NCBI GenBank assembly: GCA_032718475.1
Contig: JAUCBJ010007104.1
Span: 1-64,000, forward strand
Source: Nemertoderma westbladi
Lineage: Eukaryota; Animalia; Xenacoelomorpha
Length of the DNA: 64,000 nucleotides
Direction of reading: 5' to 3'
The notes beneath the pieces were generated by a model. The model saw only the letters and a list, made by a program, of their open reading frames with translations. It had not been told where the DNA came from and did no database searches. Shown one piece after another: positions 12,862 to 26,256 of the stretch. The translations under genes were made by a program, and so were the position numbers. How positions within the stretch are numbered: position 1 is the stretch's first letter; each line of letters opens with the position of its first letter.

Positions 12862-15078
12862 TCTTTTTGTTATTTTATTATATTTAACTACGGTATAAAA
12901 GTTGAAACGGATACAAATTAAACGTCTTATATTTCAACTCATTGTATTGTATATACTCCCAAAAAGTCATATAGAACTTGATTTCAAATGGCATCTCTAT
13001 GTAATGTCATGTGTGCTAGACTATATAAGACAATAAGTAAGGAAATGGCTAATTTTCCAGCGGTAAATTATTTTCCAATGCGCTATAATGACCGAGCGGT
13101 TAATTAAGAAAGGTTTAACAATAATAATATTTATTGTAGAGAAAATAAAATTTATCTAACGGTGTTCTCTGCTCCTTCCTGCTTAGAACGCAACAAAGAT
13201 ACTATCAGACTTACGTAGCAATTTTTGTTGCCATTAATACAGAGTATAAGTGAATATATATTTTCCTGCAGCTCTGTCACTTTGAGAACCTTGGGAGACT
13301 TGTAGCTGTTACACCATAGTTACGCATCGTAGGCTCAGGTACGCTTATTGAAAAATACAAAATTCCTTTATATTGTTGTAAGTTACAAAATATAACACTC
13401 CCAATCGAATAGCGTTACTATCAGCCTTTAATAAAGCAGTTTCATCGCGGGTGGGTTGTTCAATTACCGGCCCCCGCTAATGTATTAGCTATGGGAATAG
13501 ATGGCGCTTAAACGCTTAGAGACGAGTACTTACTGTCACGGATAATTGGCCCTGCATTATGTGGGCCCGGTAGGCTATTTGGAACACGCATGCTGCCCAA
13601 CCCATATGTCGGTTTTAGATATCCGATTGAATCCATGAGATTGGAGCTTTATCTATGTTTATAGGGGGCTAACCAACCACACAAGGTCGTGGGATCCGGA
13701 TAGCGGATGCACTAAGACGCCGCTAGGTGGTATGATGCTGTGATGAGTTGGTTGACAGGTCTGGTAGGATAATTGAATGTACCGACATACTGACTAACAG
13801 GGTTTTTTGGGGTATAAATTAACTTAAAAGTAAACACAAGAGTCTTACACCCCTTAAACTCTTAAAGGTCTGGTAGGGTACAACACTGTCGTTGTCCATT
13901 CGGTCCTTTGGCAATAAATCCAAACCTATTGCTAAATGTTCTAAACTACTATGAGTTAGTAAATGAATGGGGTTTGTGCTTTGGGGGTCTTAAGCTTTCC
14001 TCAATACTACATATGCACCATTTAAATGACAAACATCCATCTATTTTCATCAAATTTTTATTACATAGAAATTACAATTGATATCTTTGCATGTACAGTA
14101 TATTGGATATAAATGTTATTATTAGCTAAACAATCGCTATTCGCTGCACTAATCCTAATAATTAAAATAATAACTCGAATAAATTTACTTAATTAAGTGA
14201 TAACTTTACCTTGTTACATTGGGTAAGGCATCACAGTAGACAGACCAACCAAACCGAAAAGGGATAACTTACGATTTTTGTGCCAAGATTTGGGATGTCC
14301 TACTCAAAAATACCTTATCACGGTTGAACGAATCTATTGCATGGAGTGTTAGTTAACTATGGATTAGAGGTATACCCTCCATTAGTTTCAGTTCACTTGA
14401 TATCTCCTGTGTTAGCCATCTATCAAGCGTAAGGATAATATAATAGATGACGATAATGCTTTAAGTAGCGTAAGCGTTATATTTATTTTATTAATATTAT
14501 TATGGTTATATTTTTTTGTAGTAAACATTGTTCAGTACTTCCAAGGGTTATGTGTGGGGGGGGGGGGGGGGGGGGATTGAAAATGTCAGTTATTTTTATG
14601 CCCTGTATATTTAATTTATAAGCCCATAATATGTTTTTAATACTTTCTGCCCTAAATAACATAAATACTAAAAAAAAACAAAAGGGCGTTACTTACAACA
14701 AACATCATTTATTACAAATTAAGGAAAGGAGGTTGCAGAGAAGGGGCTTATCTATAACAGAAGTATACGTGCACAAACTTGCCTACGCAGTACAATATGC
14801 AGTGAGATGTACAATATGTCGGCGAGACTGGAGTGCAGTAAGGTGTTGTGTACCGTACACACGCACAGGTAGGCCTAAGAAATGCCATGATACAGTACTT
14901 TTCGGTTGTTGTATGTATACCACCTGTAGGCCTGAATGAAGAAAGTGCAAAGGAATGAAAATAATTGCAATGCATAAAATTAACAGAAACATGATATTGC
15001 ATTAAAGAAATTATTTACGGAATAATTGAAAAATACAGATATAATATTATGGTTTTTTGATTGAAAAAAATGAGAAAA

Positions 15079-15168
15079 CGCGTCACCGGGGGTTGAACCC
15101 GCGCTATACGTACATTTAGGCCTATCAGGCCTCATCAGTAGCGCTAACCAGAGTTCAGCCACTTGCCC
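15079..15168 (-). ncRNA. tRNA-like Pol III unit with embedded type I hammerhead ribozyme fold (family 1, core partly mutated)
   Basis: Minus strand reads gggcaag TGGCTGAACTCTGG tta-gcgcta-CTGATGA-ggcc tgata ggcc-TAAAT-gtac-GTA-tagcgc-g-GGTTCAACCCC cggtgacgcg, then TTTT. A-box-like and B-box motifs, 6-bp stem I, 4-bp stem II, T-run terminator. The core GAAAC reads TAAAT. Confidence 0.7.
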
Positions 15169-16283
15169 CTGACATTCACTATCCCACCGAATCCACTTCT
15201 ATTGAACAGGCAGTCTTAAGTTGCATATCCTATCCTATCTCTTACATCTTTAATTACAATTGCATTAACAGCCCATTTATTATTCGGAAATATTCTAGAA
15301 TTCGAGAAATATTTGTTCTCTAGGAATTTATATTTTAATCGTGTGACTCCTATGAGATTTTTGGAGATTTTTGGAGATTTTTGCTTGCGTGCTATAACTA
15401 TTAATTTACTGAAAATAAGATCATCATTTTTACTATCACATAATGTAATTTATATGTATGTTCATCTTTATGTTATTATGAATATGCAAGTTTTGTGTAT
15501 ATTGTATAGTCCTAAGCCTACTACCCCGTTTAACAATTACCATGGATACAAAATCATTGTGACCGACAAAGTCCTAGTCAAATCAACGTTAATGCAACCA
15601 TTGTGGGAGTGTCAAGTTTTCCTGGTAAATATTTGATTATGTCAGAAAATCGGCAAGGCAGATGCAGGACAATGACTAAGACACGCTGCTATCGCGGTTG
15701 CTATCTCTCATCCCTTATGCTAATCGCAAAACAAAAAGTATGAATGTGTCAACCTTCCATTCAATAGGGAAGGAAGGTGTGCTGATAAACTTGGTATTCT
15801 CTATTGGTATGCTGAGGCTCTTATATCTGGAGAGAGGAAGATGGCCGGCTCTAATCATGTGCCTAGGACGCACACCAAAATGCGAATGTTTGCACATTGA
15901 AACCTCTTACTGGGAACAATTTAATAGATTCATAAAATATTAATTTATAGGCAGATGCGGAATTGAATATCAGCTTTGAGAATTGCTTATCTATGCCAAC
16001 ACCGTGAATTTTGTTGCGATGAGTAATGAAATATTCATTATTGCTATTAATTTCCCTAGTTTATGGCGTTTTGAGAACTTTGTTTTTATCCATCATATTT
16101 ATATTCCGTTCTATAGCAACAACTGCTCAACAACACACCGAAAAGTAAACCCAAATGTCAACAAAATGCTACTGTAGGTAGTGTAAAAATCGATAAACTA
16201 AATAACCCATACAATAATTATAGTTAGAAAACATAAGGATTTGGAATTTAGTTTTAACCAAACTTTTTAAAAAAAAAAGTCAA

Positions 16284-16329
16284 AACTGCGAGCCATCAGC
16301 GAACTGTTCGCTAAGATGGCTTGCAGCTT
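16284..16329. repeat. Short GC-rich hairpin
   Basis: ctgcgagccatc-agcgaac-t-gttcgct-aa-gatggcttgcag. Confidence 0.6.
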
Positions 16330-17832
16330 TTGCTGCACGAAGGCCCGCACTCGTGTCACGTCAGCGAACAACGTACTGAGGGGGGGGGGGGGGGGGCATT
16401 GTCTATAATAGCTAAGCCATTTACCCTATATGAGTATACTCTATAAATTGATGTTTGTATTGATCAATAAATAGTTAATCTGTAAATAGTTATAACGCAA
16501 TAATCATTGAAATTTTTATAAATCGATAGATTTATAAAGATGTTCGAAGGAATATAGTGGAAAGATCCCCACTTCAGGAAACACGCGCAATATTATTGCA
16601 ATCTGCTGCTTATACTTTGTTCAGTAATGCTTTGTGACATTAACGTTATTGTTAGGCCATTTATGCAATGTTCAAATATGTTGATTATGTTTTTGAAAGT
16701 CGCAAGTTGCAATGCGTGGTTCGTATATTCGACACGCATATGGTAGATTGCATGTGGTATCCTAACAGAATTAATGGCGAAAAATTACCGCAAATTCCAA
16801 ATAAGTGTTAAGTGGGTTTAAAAACTATAGTTTAATTTGATTGAATGATCTTTTAGGCTCGTTAAGCCATAAGGAATGCCTGTTCACCACTATGGGTGAT
16901 CTCTTCCACAGTAAACCCGTCCACTCTTACCCAATTTAATTTTATTTGAACCATTAAGGGAAAGGAGCAGGTTGCAGTGGCTGTATTTTCTAACCAAAAC
17001 AATAACTTTATTTCAATTGCGATCACTTTTTCAATCTCGGTCATTGTGCGCCACTATATATTTGAACAGATTAGGCAATGTAATTATTTAGTTACTTAGT
17101 AACAGATGCATTGAATTACTTAGTTAAGCCAATAATATTACACACACTAAATGTAATCATAAACAGATTGGTTGATAAACCGGCCAACGTTGAGCCACAC
17201 ATCATATTGCGAGTGACAAATACCTCCCCAAGACACAACCATGCATCACAAATCAACGGACCACACCTAGCCTTACATACCTAGCGATACACTACTGTAT
17301 CTGTTGAAAAGTTCGTTGAGATGATTTTGCCAATTTTCGTTCCTCGAAAGTGAATTTTTGTGATGATGATGCAGGATATTCGCGTGTATACTAAACAATA
17401 CCTTATAAGGCGGCATTAATGGTTGCGTTATACTTTGTCTTTGTTCCATCTGCATAGAGTCACCCAACATGATATATGTGTGTCGAGCCACGTAGTTGGC
17501 GGAGCCTTGGTGAACTGACGCACTATTATTGGTGTGGATAAATTTCTGCAAAGTTGTTACTTCGTTACGATTTTGGCATGCTAATAACTTTGTCGGATTT
17601 AGAACAGTTTAGTTGGAAATTTGTAGGCTTCAATAGAACCAAAAGTTGCGATTTTGTAGAGACTTTCAAACAATCTAACATATCTTTGCTTGTATAATCA
17701 GTTCGAACTAAAACTTAGCAGACTTGTACCATGCCATTTCAAAGGACCATAATCCGCCAGCAGTTCAGTTTTATTCCGTTTATAGCCTGTATATTTTTAG
17801 AAATCGTAATTAGTCCGCAGTTCTCCAATCTG

Positions 17833-17846
17833 CCACTAGAGGGCGA
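17833..17846 (+). promoter_or_regulatory. CTCF-like motif CCACTAGAGGGCGA (others at 25512-25525 minus, 37654-37667, ~26219, ~51766)
   Basis: Close match to the CTCF core CCASYAGRKGGCR; sequence match only. Confidence 0.4.
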
Positions 17847-20357
17847 AATGCCTGAGAGTGATAACCTTCCCCATTTACCTGAACGAATCATGGCAGATAT
17901 ATTTGCTAGGCTAGAGCATCCATAGCCTGCGTCATTGTGTGGGGACGCTAATTCATCTGCAGTTCTCCGGTCTACCGCTAGTGGGCTGATATGAAAACGT
18001 TCAGCCATTTTGTATTATTGTTTATACTGGTAATCCTTTCTTCCTGATTGATACCTGACATTGAGTTTTTGTGAGGTCTATTCTAAAATCGACTGCAACC
18101 CAGTCTGCCTCTAAAAACAGTCTGTAAAGGGAATTAGGGGAAATCTGCTTAGAAATTACACTATATTGCATTATGCTTATAGCTATTATGCATAATTATC
18201 TCGAGTTGACAAAGGTTTATATAGCGTGCTGCGCGAAAGCCCCACTCCGCCTATGTAGACTTTGTAGATTGATCATTCCAGGCTACTGCTCGTACTGCAA
18301 GACCTTTGAGATATTTTTTTTCCAAAGCAATCCAAGACTGCATAGCAATCACATCCCCTGACCAGCACCCCCACCCAACCACCCACCACCAACCACCCAC
18401 AACCCACCGTACACTCAACGTAATGATTACAATTGATTATTGATGACGATAAAACTGGCAGCTTGGCAAAATACATGGCTCCACCCACCCTCGACCCATT
18501 AGGGCTGTTAGTTGTGACCCGTTCAATTTGGAACTACTATATGGGTAGAGTTCAATATACTCCAAACTATGCAATGACCAATTGAATTTGATCTGTTATT
18601 CATTTGATGGTAAACGGGTGTGTCGGGTTCGGAACTGAGACACCTCTCACTCAATTATAATCATCACATAATCATAACTTACTAAAGTGAATCAAACTAA
18701 GAAACACTCCACTTCCGAACGTCGGCATTTCATGTAAATTGATTGATTAAAACCATATGTAGAGCTGAGAACATAATAACTTTCATAGAAAACATATTTC
18801 ACAGCTGTTAGATTTAATGAATCCTTAATCTCCCACCACTACAACTGTACTCCTCGCAAGTGAGACCATAATATTTATTTATGAAGTAATAATGGATAGA
18901 TTGCCAACAAAAATACAGTCCAGTCAGTATATACGAGACGAAATGTACATAGTAACATAGAACAGATAAGTCCAAGATGAGGAAAAAAATATAATTAAAA
19001 TCTCCAACTGTATATAAAATATGTGAAAAGCTAAGTTCAAAGTTTATAGTTATGCAATAAATTGGGAATTAGTTTAACTTCCTGAGTCTGTCGGGTAAGT
19101 TCGTTTTACTAAGTTCGCTATGATACATTTCTGAATTCGATGCAATTCTTCTCTGAGTTGTCCATTCTGTTATTATGTCCATTCATGATGAGATGGAACA
19201 TCGGGTTTAATTCAAATTATTGATAGGCAACTAAAGCAGCGAACAGGCCTTGTCCATTGGAAGGGAGTAGCGCCCTATCCCATCCCAAGACGGACCCATC
19301 ATTCCGCACAAAACCTATGCAACAACATATCTGGGTTCATTGCTGGCTTTACCCTATTATTATACTGCTGCATGTTTTCCTCCTCAGAATAGAACTTGAT
19401 GACATGTCACTGTCATCCATTTCCCAATTCAAAATTCTAATTATTGAATTATTTTCATCATGCATCCAGGGACAACGCCTTACAGCTATTATTACGTTTC
19501 CCGCACGAACTACACAGGATCAATACAACAACAATGTTGGCCTATAAGACGCCATTGCGATAGATTGCATTCTACAGCCGCCCGCAACTCTTCTATTATT
19601 ACTAATTATGTCATATAGCGCATAATAAACACTGCAATGCGAAATGGCCTGACTAACTTAAACAATGGATGGGCTTCAGTTTGTCTTGTGATGTATTGTG
19701 TAATGTAATATACCGCAATGTAATATACATAGAGGCAACTATAGCTGTCAGTATCATCAATGGGGTCAATAATAAAACATCATACTTCTATATCGTTATT
19801 GCCACACTTAATTGGTTGCGACATGTATTATTTTTTGAACAGCATGCCACCTTTGACATTCGAATATCAATTAGGCGTGGTACGCTTGACTCATTTATCT
19901 CTCTCCAGAGTCCAGCTCATTAAAAAAAAGCCACTGGCTGAGGGGAGTATATGGTTGCCCAGTGTGTGTTCCAAGGATAATCTAATCCTGTGTCCAGCTC
20001 CGGCCATAGAACATTCTTACAGTTTGTTATATGCCCAACCTTGATACGAGTCACAGTTTTTCCGAAATGCCATGGACGTTTCCTGGTATTAGTGGCGTTG
20101 ATAGTTGATAACCTTCCTGGCGCAATTCGACATTATTTTCTGTATACAACTAACAAAATAATAGAACTTATCATACCAAATGTATCCGATTTTCTTCTTT
20201 CTCCAACCCACGCGCATACTGAGATTTTGAGATAAATGGTGATATGTGTTATACTAAACTGTTCAACCCACAATATATTAATATTTAAGACATGACCTAC
20301 AACATTGTCTCTCCCACTATATAATGAAAAGTCAGACCAAGCATCAGCTTATAATTA

Positions 20358-20566
20358 GGAAGCCCTGGTTCGATCCCTAGATGGGGCAGCACTGTTTGGG
20401 CGCAGTGCTTTAAATGCTGAAGCATAGCAGCCTAGCCCAACCCCTGGCTTTCATCCTTCCTGGTCGATAAATGGGAACCAAAGCAACTTGGGAAACAGAG
20501 TGGAAAGGTTTATTGTGGAAGATCACCCGTGGTGGTGAATAGGAATTCATTGGCTTAACGAGCCTA
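20358..20566 (+). mobile_element. 5'-truncated tRNA-derived SINE with a conserved central (Nin/Deu-like) segment
   Basis: B box ggttcgatcc and central gctttcatccttcctggtcgataaatg; homologous to the copy at 40461. The domain name is from memory of SINE consensus sequences. Confidence 0.7.
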
Positions 20567-23499
20567 AAAGAATCTCCCATTACCATTCATAATGAACATT
20601 TTCCAAAAATGTTGTCAGTCATAAAAATGAGTATCATACCACTTCTGTCCCAGAACATTGCACCCATAAATTTGTTTTAAAGATGCACTTTTTAAACTGG
20701 ACTTTCGCCGACTATATTGATGCGCATGCAAATTGTTTTTGTTTATTAGTAATTGATTCCATACGCTCCTGCTCTCTGCCTTAGATTCACCTCCCATTAA
20801 GCCACACCCCAGGATCAAACTATATGGCCACTCAGCTTTCTAAACCTGACATACTTTGTCCATTACTGCCCGCTGCTAGGCTAAAATGGATTTATCTAAG
20901 ACGAATCATCCGTTCCTCCTTTCTACCTGCATGGTGCTCTGATGCCCACTGTCATTGTGATTAGTTCCCAAATGTGACTGGCGCATTGGCTAACTGCAAG
21001 GACTTAGTACCCAGCTGTCAATACTGCTGCTGCTATCCGATCAGAGCTAATTTGGCGTGGATCTATCCTAGGGCCAACCCCTCCCCCCTCCGCTCCACCC
21101 GCATGGTAATCCGTAAATTTTAAATTCAGTTCATTGCAGTGGATTTTTGCCGTCCTGCCTTGGCTGCCTCGCAAGGCTTGCTCTTTCTTTACTCCAGTTA
21201 CGGGAGTTAAGGCAAAGCGAAAGCACCACGTTTAAGCGGCATAGTGCCTGTATTATTATGGACAACAACTAAGGACCAAATCTTTTAGCAGATATTGTAT
21301 TTTTTCGCGCAAATTTTCACCCACTTGTGATTGAGTTTTAGATGGAATGCTGACTCTGTTTGTCAGAAAAACTCAATCACACAGCAGTGAAAGGCTACAA
21401 ACTACGACGAAGGTAATGCAGACTGACTGATCATATAAACGTGTCAGCGTTTCTCCCCAGCGATCACTTGGCCATTTTACCACAGAAGTAATCGAAGATC
21501 AAGATCAGTTGCGCTCTCGGACGAGGACGGGCATATAGGCGGGTGTAAATGAACCGGTCGACGGCGTGACTATAAAGTACCGGGTTCACAATCAAGATTA
21601 CCGAGAAACTCGACCGTGATGATCTTAAAATGATGATACGGATAACCCGTTTTATTCGTTCTTCCTCCCAGAATAGGTTATTGAGGATGTAATAATACGC
21701 CGCAATTAGTATTAATAATCCGATCACTCAAATGAAGAAGTTGCTTCCTTAATCTAACCAAAACAATAAACGATATCGTTACAATTTAGGGGAATACGCC
21801 TACAATGTCTTACATATTATGAAGTGAAAGAGATTAAACCAAGATAAAGTAAATCAAGAAAGCCTTCGGATTGCTTCTGTCCAGTTCTGGTGTTTCATGT
21901 GTTTCAACATTCACTGTACTTTTCTGTTACCACATAACCTGAAATATGAATACAAAATCTGTAGTCTTTTGGCAGTAAAAAAATTGAAGAAAATAATAGG
22001 AGTGAAGAATAAGAGTAAAGGTTGGGGCGATAAATAATGTATAAAATTTTCAACCAATTGGGACGATATGTACCAAACCCTGTTCAGCTCGAGTCGATCG
22101 TGGTACGACATACGAATTTAGCTATTGCAGGTTCGAGGGTCGAATCTCAATCTCGCGTCAGTCGACTTTAGTTACTTAATATCCATGACACATTTTGATG
22201 ACCCGGCAAAATAGGTCATATGGACATATTTCAACAAAGTCATGCCCCAACATCTGAATGATTCATTTTCCTGCCTAAACTAATGACAACTTAACATGCA
22301 AATAATATTTAGATTGAGTTACTGTTATATTTGTTTTTCACCACATTATGACTTTAGACCACCTACCTTCCTGGTCTGCTATACCAATGGAAACAACATT
22401 CTCCTCAAACATATCCCCTTCACTGAATGCTAATGCCAAGTTTAATACAGGAGGATTTAGTAAATATCTAGGGATATAGCCAAGAACTCCGCCCATGGTG
22501 GTCATGAATGTTTTCAGTTGGACTAATGAAACCTCATACTGGGCAGCCCCTCTACAGAATGCCAATCAATCCATGTGCGATCTGCCAATCACATCCTTGT
22601 CTGGCTCTGGAATTTACAATGTGGTTTTATATATTATTTTGTTTCTTGAATATTATTATATGGAATAATGCCACCTGGAATTCAATGTAACAGTCCATGT
22701 AACATCGCCACTGGGGACTACTGACTAAATCTTGGCTCTTCTTGGGACTATTTATATTAGATTAACAGATTTAGGGTTATGAATTGGGAATGAGGTGTGT
22801 GGATAAGGAGTGTGGTTTATTAATTCTTGTTCGGGCCGGTGAATGGCCTTAGAGTTAGTTGCCTGCAGCTTGACATGCAATGAAATTCAATTATTTGGAT
22901 TGATAAGTTATGCAGAATCCAGAATGCTACAACAGGGGCTGCTAGCTGGGGAGGGGGAAACGACAAGAAATCTCGCTTCATAAAGCTAGAAAATAGTGGG
23001 CTGTCAATTTGTAGGGAACATGACAAGTGGCTGATGAGCAGTAATTGAACGGAGTAGGGAGTTCTTACTATATTGGAGGCGGCAGGATCTTCAATTTGAA
23101 TATTGTGGCAGAAAAGGAGGAAGTAATTAAATTTGACTTTCATTTTGGACACTTAATGTCTGGTAGGTTCCGTCCAGCTACTTAGTTTAACTTTATAGAT
23201 TTACCATTAAATTATTTAATGCTATAGTATTCAATGGTTTAAATATGGTTATTTTGGAAAACAGCTCTTTTTTTATACATTTTTTACAATTTAAAGGTAT
23301 AAAAGACGTCCGTCCATGGAAAAACTATATAATCTAATAAATATATAATCTAATAATCTTCATATATAAATGTATAATGTATAGGACACCGTTGGCAAAT
23401 ATTGTTTTCTTTTAAAACTGCTTCTCTATTGAAAAGTCCATATCCGTTCATAGTTGTTATCAAATATATTTAAATTATATCAATAATTTTCGCTTTCAG

Positions 23500-23643
23500 G
23501 TGCGAACTCTGTTCGTTAGCGGGCTGCCGATGGACGCCCGCAACAGGGAACTGTATTTGTTATTCCGGGGGTTCAAGGGATACGAGGGGTCGTTGTTAAA
23601 ACTTACGGGAAAACATCAAACTGACACGGGAAAAACACCCTCT
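23500..23643 (+). CDS. RBPMS: RBPMS exon 2 (RRM N-half, RNP2)
   Basis: tttcgctttcag|GTGCGAACT...CCCTCT|gtaagt; [38 protein letters not shown]. Confidence 0.95.
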
Positions 23644-24141
23644 GTAAGTACCTTCTTCACTCAAATCATGAGCAGAATAAATTGAAAGAAAAAAAAATTA
23701 AATAGAAAAGATGCAACTAGATGATATGTCATTAGGCGTGCACTGGTGGCACATGTAGTTTATTATATTTTGGTTTACGCTTCAATTAGTTTATTTTAAA
23801 ACTTTGTGAAATAATTACGCGGTAAAGTAAAAAGTATAAAAAAAGTAAATAGGTAATACTTCCTTTAATATTATCAGTGAATAGATCATGTCTGTAAGTC
23901 TGAAAAAATAAAATTCAAATTAGTTTCACTAAAAAAATAACATCAATGATTGTATATAGGCCTATCAGTTATATTAATATTCATTTTCGTGATTTTTTAG
24001 TTTCTACTGTAGTCAAGTCGTAGTTTTAGATTTATTTATGATACTTTGGTGAGAGATTTGTAATACATCTGAATGATAATTTATCATGTGAAGCGAAATA
24101 TGTGCGGAAAATAAGTAGATTTTGTTTTCTTCAACATTTAG

Positions 24142-24355
24142 CCGGTTGGGTTTGTAATGTTTGAAAGTCGGACAAATGCGGAGGCGGCTAAAGGTGCACT
24201 TCAGGGAGTACGATTCGACCCAGAGCTGCCCCAAACCCTTCGACTAGAGTTCGCCAAGAGCAACACAAAGGTGCAAAAACCCAAACAACACCTCCCGAAC
24301 ACAACTGCACTAGCCCAAACCATTCTAGGAACTGCACCATTACATAGCAATAACT
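24142..24355 (+). CDS. RBPMS: RBPMS exon 3 (RRM C-half)
   Basis: catttag|CCGGTTGGG...AACT|gtaagt; [44 protein letters not shown]; ends in phase 1. Confidence 0.95.
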
Positions 24356-24597
24356 GTAAGTAATAAAAATAATTTCGCATCTACTAAACTTAGCAAATTA
24401 ATCAAATTTTTTAACATTATAACTGTAAACAACTAACCGCCCTGCCGGTATAATAAATATAACAGGGTTAAATAATTATTGTAAACACGACCGACCACAC
24501 ACACAAATTATTACTCCTCAATATTAATAATTTTCTATATTAATTAATTTATTGATTACTCAATAAATGTGACAGGATGTTTGTTATTGTATTTCAG

Positions 24598-24649
24598 TTG
24601 ACCTGGCAACATACATTCCCGCAGTCCCAGAGAATTGGGCACACCATCA
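24598..24649 (+). CDS. RBPMS: RBPMS exon 4 (FDLATYIPAVPENWAHH)
   Basis: tatttcag|TTGACC...CATCA|gtaagt; phase 1 in, phase 2 out; resembles the family P..PE.W motif. Confidence 0.8.
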
Positions 24650-25060
24650 GTAAGTATATTTATTTATTATTAAATTTCAGTTCTGTATAACGTTAAATAA
24701 ATAATTTTACTTTTATTAAAAGCTTAAAAACTTACTAAAAACATTCTGGCCTTCTAAATAGCTCTAAGTCTAATTAAAGAGACACGAATTTTTTTGTTTA
24801 AATACACGGAAAAAGAAACCACAGATGGTGTTGTGGAAGTATACAGTAGGTATGAGGTGATTTAGGCAATATCATGACAATAACCCAATTATGGGTTAAA
24901 ATTGGTTAGATTTAAGATTGAATTATTCGTTTGTAGTCGCTAAAACTATCAATATTTTTCACCAATATTGTATTCATCGTCAATAATTTTTCTGTTTGCA
25001 AATAATAGACTAAAAGACAATTTTTCGGTTTTCAGTCTCAGTTCAACCTTTTTTGTCTAG

Positions 25061-25121
25061 GTTCGCGGCCGCAGCGGGGGTAAGGCCGACAACATTTGTA
25101 CATCCAATATTTAACTCACAG
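25061..25121 (+). CDS. RBPMS: RBPMS alternative exon 5a (QFAAAAGVRPTTFVHPIFNSQ)
   Basis: ttttgtctag|G...TCACAG|gtagaa; phase 2 in, phase 0 out. An internal in-frame donor GGG|gtaagg lies at 25080. Confidence 0.65.
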
Positions 25122-25720
25122 GTAGAAAAACAAGGAAATATATCACTAAATATGTTTAATTTGTACTTGTTTTACCCCATACATTTCTCCTCATTTGTTG
25201 TTATAGTTATAGCTAATAATAAACGCACGATACTTCAAATATAGCCTACTACATGCCAAATTCATACATAATAAAAAAATAGCACAAAAAGTGCAATATA
25301 AGGTCGAGAACTAATATACATTTACTTATATTATCATCCAACTCATTGTGCTGCATGCTGGTTGCTTTCACTAATTCATCTCAAATTTGACAGAACCTAT
25401 TATAGTTATACAACAAAGTTAACACCGTTCATGGATTAGGCCTTTGCACAGGTCTAAGCAAGCTTAGCAAACGGGTAGACCTATCACTATCTCAACTCAA
25501 CCGTCGCCTAGTAGCCCTCTAGCGGGAGACTGGGAAACTGCTGATTAGGCCTACCTCCACGCATTATCTCGTACTTTTGACTTTGTCAGAGTTCTTCTAA
25601 CTAATTATATAGCCTTCAAACATTAGCCGACAGACATAAAGACAGACCGCAACCGAAACGATCGAAATAAGTTAATATGTTTAAGGGGATTACGCACCGA
25701 GTCTTACGACTTACTTTCAG

Positions 25721-25759
25721 TGCGGACCCCCTGGAACTATACTCCCCACAAGAAACTGA
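25721..25759 (+). CDS. RBPMS: Putative RBPMS terminal exon 6a (CGPPGTILPTRN*)
   Basis: cttactttcag acceptor, phase-0 compatible with exon 5a; AATAAA at ~25972. Confidence 0.4.
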   Translation, partial: CGPPGTILPTRN

Positions 25760-26256
25760 TACTCATTTAGCTATATAATAACTCCGCTGGCCCCCTTGCG
25801 GGGATTGGGAGAAATGTGAAGTCAATGCAACGGATATAAACGCTAGGCCAAATAGGTACTAACCGTACCGGTTTGCTAAGCTCGCTTTGTTCGTCGTTTG
25901 CCCCACATACAGCATCACTGGCAATGTGACACTCACAACTCACCAAGTTCGCACTAACCAACATATTACAAAATAAAATTTATTCGAAGTGAACACAAAA
26001 GCATTGTGGAATTAAACTTGTATATTGGTTTATTGACAATTATTTCCCATTCTATTGAATGTTATCGTCCTCTATCGTTTTCATGTAGCAATCAGCATCT
26101 CTATTTTTGTATTTCATTATAATATTCTTAATTTACATAGAATACAACCCAGGGTCTACTATGGCATAGCAAAATAATTGTCAATGGCATGGAATCAAAG
26201 GTAAATATAGTAGTAGGTGACGAGGGGGCGCTAGTCGGAAGTTGCAAAGGTATAAA

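Noticed and set aside
22085-22150. tRNA/SINE-head-like fragment
   Set aside because: Too degenerate; only a partial B-box-like motif.
19257-22690. Short ORFs in moderately GC-rich intronic patches
   Set aside because: No recognisable domain or consistent splice structure; possibly old transposon relics, but not supportable.
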